Source: Candidatus Eiseniibacteriota bacterium
GTDB lineage: Bacteria > ARS69
DNA length: 18,713 nt
Direction of reading: 5' to 3'
Assembly (NCBI GenBank): GCA_052390515.1
Contig: JBQTGV010000028.1
Coordinates: 1-18,713, forward strand
Shown one piece after another: positions 16,799-18,713 of this stretch. Each line of letters begins with the position of its first letter. The stretch's first letter is position 1. The position numbers were made by a program, and so were the translations under genes. Under the pieces are notes generated by a model. That model ran no database searches and was not told the origin of the DNA. It saw only the letters and a program-made list of their open reading frames with translations.

Positions 16799-17500
16799 AT
16801 GCGCAACACGTTCCTCGAGTCGATGACCTGCGCCGCGCTCCTCGGTGCTTCCTCCCCCGCGCTGGCGCTCGAGAAACACTCCCGAGCGATGGATGATACG
16901 CGGGAGTCGGAGTGGGCCACGTCGTGCTCTGTGACGATCCGGTACTACAACAACTGCACGGGCTGGCTCTGGGTCTGGAACCAGTGGCAGCCCGGAGAAG
17001 AGATCGGCGTGTGCGGAAAGGCGCCGTTTCAGTGGTCGGGGCTCGCGGCGACGTGGACGCTCACTTTCACGCCGCAGCCATCCGGTTACGGTTTCACCGG
17101 CACGATCTCGGTCGAGAGTGGCTGCTGCTCCGGCCCGACCCTCGCGTCCCAGCCCTGGCTCCCGATCAGCGGCTTCACCCCCCACGCATGGAACGCGAAC
17201 GTGCCTCAGAACTTCCTCGTCCGAATCACCTGGGCAGCACCGCCGGGCTACACCAACGGCTCCGCGATCGCGACCGACCACCCGACGGCGGGACCGACCG
17301 GCCCGCAGGCGTGCGGGACGTGCTACCCCGCGAACCGGATCGTGCGCAGCCGGTTGTTCGGCGTCGGCGGCGTATACTGCCCCGGCACCATGCTCAACGA
17401 CTACGTGTGTGACGTCGAGTTCGTCATGGACTTCGGCATGAAATTATGCGTCGGGACCGACCCCGTCAGCTGGGGCGAAGTGAAGAACCTGTACCGCTGA
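16799..17500 (+). CDS. Secreted Cys-rich hypothetical protein, paralog B2 (233 aa), C-terminal SWGEVKNLYR
   Basis: AAGGAGG RBS, signal peptide nearly the same as B1, 10 mature Cys. Most divergent body of the four. Confidence 0.92.
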   Translation: MRNTFLESMTCAALLGASSPALALEKHSRAMDDTRESEWATSCSVTIRYYNNCTGWLWVWNQWQPGEEIGVCGKAPFQWSGLAATWTLTFTPQPSGYGFTGTISVESGCCSGPTLASQPWLPISGFTPHAWNANVPQNFLVRITWAAPPGYTNGSAIATDHPTAGPTGPQACGTCYPANRIVRSRLFGVGGVYCPGTMLNDYVCDVEFVMDFGMKLCVGTDPVSWGEVKNLYR

Positions 17501-17520
17501 GCCGCCCTCCGGCGCGGATC

Positions 17521-17529
17521 TGCTAGAAT
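17521..17529 (+). promoter_or_regulatory. Extended -10 (TGcTAGAAT), probably driving a leaderless transcript
   Basis: TAGAAT at 17524-17529 with upstream TG, 8 nt before GTG 17538. No SD sequence in between. Confidence 0.55.
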
Positions 17530-17537
17530 CGCCCGCC

Positions 17538-18713
17538 GTGTGTCGAACGAATCCGGGAGGCTTCGCTCTCCGAAGTCTCTCGCTCCTAGCGGCAGCGCTC
17601 CTCTCCGGTTGCGGCTCCCCCCCGCCGCAGGCCTTCCGTTCCGACGCCGTCCTGCTGGTGACCTTCGACACGTTCTCGGTGTACCGCGCCGGCTGCTACG
17701 GCGCTCCCCACGTCCGCACACCCGAGCTCGACCGCCTCGCCCGGGCCGGCGTGCAGGTCCGCTTCGCCGTGTCCCCCGCGCCGCTGACGCTCCCTTCCCA
17801 CGCCACGCTGCTGACCGGCCTAGACCCGCCGCAGCACGGCGTCCGCGAGAACGGGCTCTTCGTGCTGGCCGCCGAACAGGTCACCGTCCCCGAGCTGCTG
17901 CCCGAGGACGTCGCCACGGGAGCGTTCGTCGGGGCGTTCCCGGTCGCGTCCCGCTTCGGGCTGGCCCAGGGGTTCGACGTGTACGATGACGAGTTCCCGC
18001 CCAGGCAAGGCGCCCGCCAGAGGCACCAGCCCATGCGCCGCGCGAACGCGGTGTTCGAGTCGGCGGCAGCCTGGCTCACGGGCCCCGCAGCGGGCGAACG
18101 ACCCTTCGCCTGGGTCCACGCCTTCGACCCGCATTATCCGTACGAGCCGCCCATCCCGTGGGGGCGAATCGCCGGGGAGCTGGGCGGCGGCGTCTACGAG
18201 GGCGAGGTGGGCTACCTGGACCGCGAGCTCGGCCGCTTCCTCCGCCGCATCGGCGCGGACGGAACCGACGGCCGCGCCACGGTGATCCTGACGGCGGATC
18301 ACGGCGAATCCCTCGGCGACCACGTGGAGATCACCCACGGCCTCTTCGTGTACGACGCGACCCAGCTCGTGCCGCTGATCGCAGCCGGGCCGGGCATCTC
18401 CGCTCGGCTCGACCTTGCGCAGCGGCCGCTCGCCGATGTGGCGCCGACGCTGCTGCGTGCTTACGGCATTGCGCCAGCCGCCGGCATGCCGGGCGTGCCG
18501 CTGCAGCAGACCGTCTCGCCCGGGCGGGAGGCGTACGTGGAGACGAAGCACACCGAGCTGCTGCGGGGCTGGAGCCCGCTCCACGGCCTTCGCACCGAGC
18601 GCTGGAAGTACGTGCGCGCCCCGCGCCCGGAGCTCTACGATCTCGTCATGGATCCGGGAGAGACGGCGAACCTGGTGGACGCGGAGCCGGAGCTGGCCGC
18701 GCGGTTCGCCGCG
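17538..18713 (+). CDS. Sulfatase-like hydrolase/transferase lipoprotein (3' truncated by window edge; not in ORF track)
   Basis: Manual translation from GTG 17538 gives MCRTNPGGFALRSLSLLAAALLSG-C..., VLLVTFDT, PLTLPSHATLLTG, WVHAFDPHYPY, TADHGESLGDH and WKYVRAPRPELYDL. Paralog of 6365..8674. Confidence 0.9.
   Translation, partial: MCRTNPGGFALRSLSLLAAALLSGCGSPPPQAFRSDAVLLVTFDTFSVYRAGCYGAPHVRTPELDRLARAGVQVRFAVSPAPLTLPSHATLLTGLDPPQHGVRENGLFVLAAEQVTVPELLPEDVATGAFVGAFPVASRFGLAQGFDVYDDEFPPRQGARQRHQPMRRANAVFESAAAWLTGPAAGERPFAWVHAFDPHYPYEPPIPWGRIAGELGGGVYEGEVGYLDRELGRFLRRIGADGTDGRATVILTADHGESLGDHVEITHGLFVYDATQLVPLIAAGPGISARLDLAQRPLADVAPTLLRAYGIAPAAGMPGVPLQQTVSPGREAYVETKHTELLRGWSPLHGLRTERWKYVRAPRPELYDLVMDPGETANLVDAEPELAARFAA

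Noticed and set aside
14263-17500. Diversity-generating retroelement (TR/VR pair) explaining the near-identical repeats
   Set aside because: No reverse transcriptase in the window, all four copies are full genes with signal peptides, and mismatches are not confined to adenines (e.g. ACC/ATC, TCG/TCT).
14263-17500. Heme c binding or RiPP precursor interpretation of the Cys motifs
   Set aside because: CxxC is followed by F/Y, not H (no CxxCH). The proteins are about 235 aa with Sec signals, and no modifying enzymes are nearby.
11-18584. Many long antisense or alternate-frame ORFs (e.g. 25..1371, 6767..8704, 9136..10827, 9443..10879, 14954..16300, 17540..17989)
   Set aside because: Shadow ORFs expected at high GC. 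They lack recognisable motifs and overlap well-supported genes.

Overview
High-GC bacterial window, densely coding and dominated by cell-envelope and secreted-protein genes. The FlgD/T9SS-like C-terminal domain and the SWGxxKxLY tails suggest an FCB-associated candidate phylum such as Eisenbacteria, Latescibacterota or Krumholzibacteriota (inference). From left to right it holds: a minus-strand operon (GT9 glycosyltransferase, TlpA thioredoxin, DUF6029-like outer-membrane protein, PEGA/Omp28-like CxxC lipoprotein); a GAF-GGDEF diguanylate cyclase; a 146-bp element with perfect 31-bp terminal inverted repeats; a sulfatase-like/TPR lipoprotein; a secreted HExxH metalloprotease; a beta-helix protein with a C-terminal membrane anchor; and a GT-C (GT39-like)/TPR glycosyltransferase. 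Next comes the most unusual part, a tandem array of four paralogous secreted 10-Cys proteins of no family I recognise. They are arranged as a duplicated promoter-A-hairpin-B cassette with mosaic (gene-conversion-like) tracts and structured leaders. A second sulfatase-like lipoprotein, absent from the ORF track, runs off the right edge. No rRNA, tRNA, CRISPR array, transposase or reverse transcriptase was seen.
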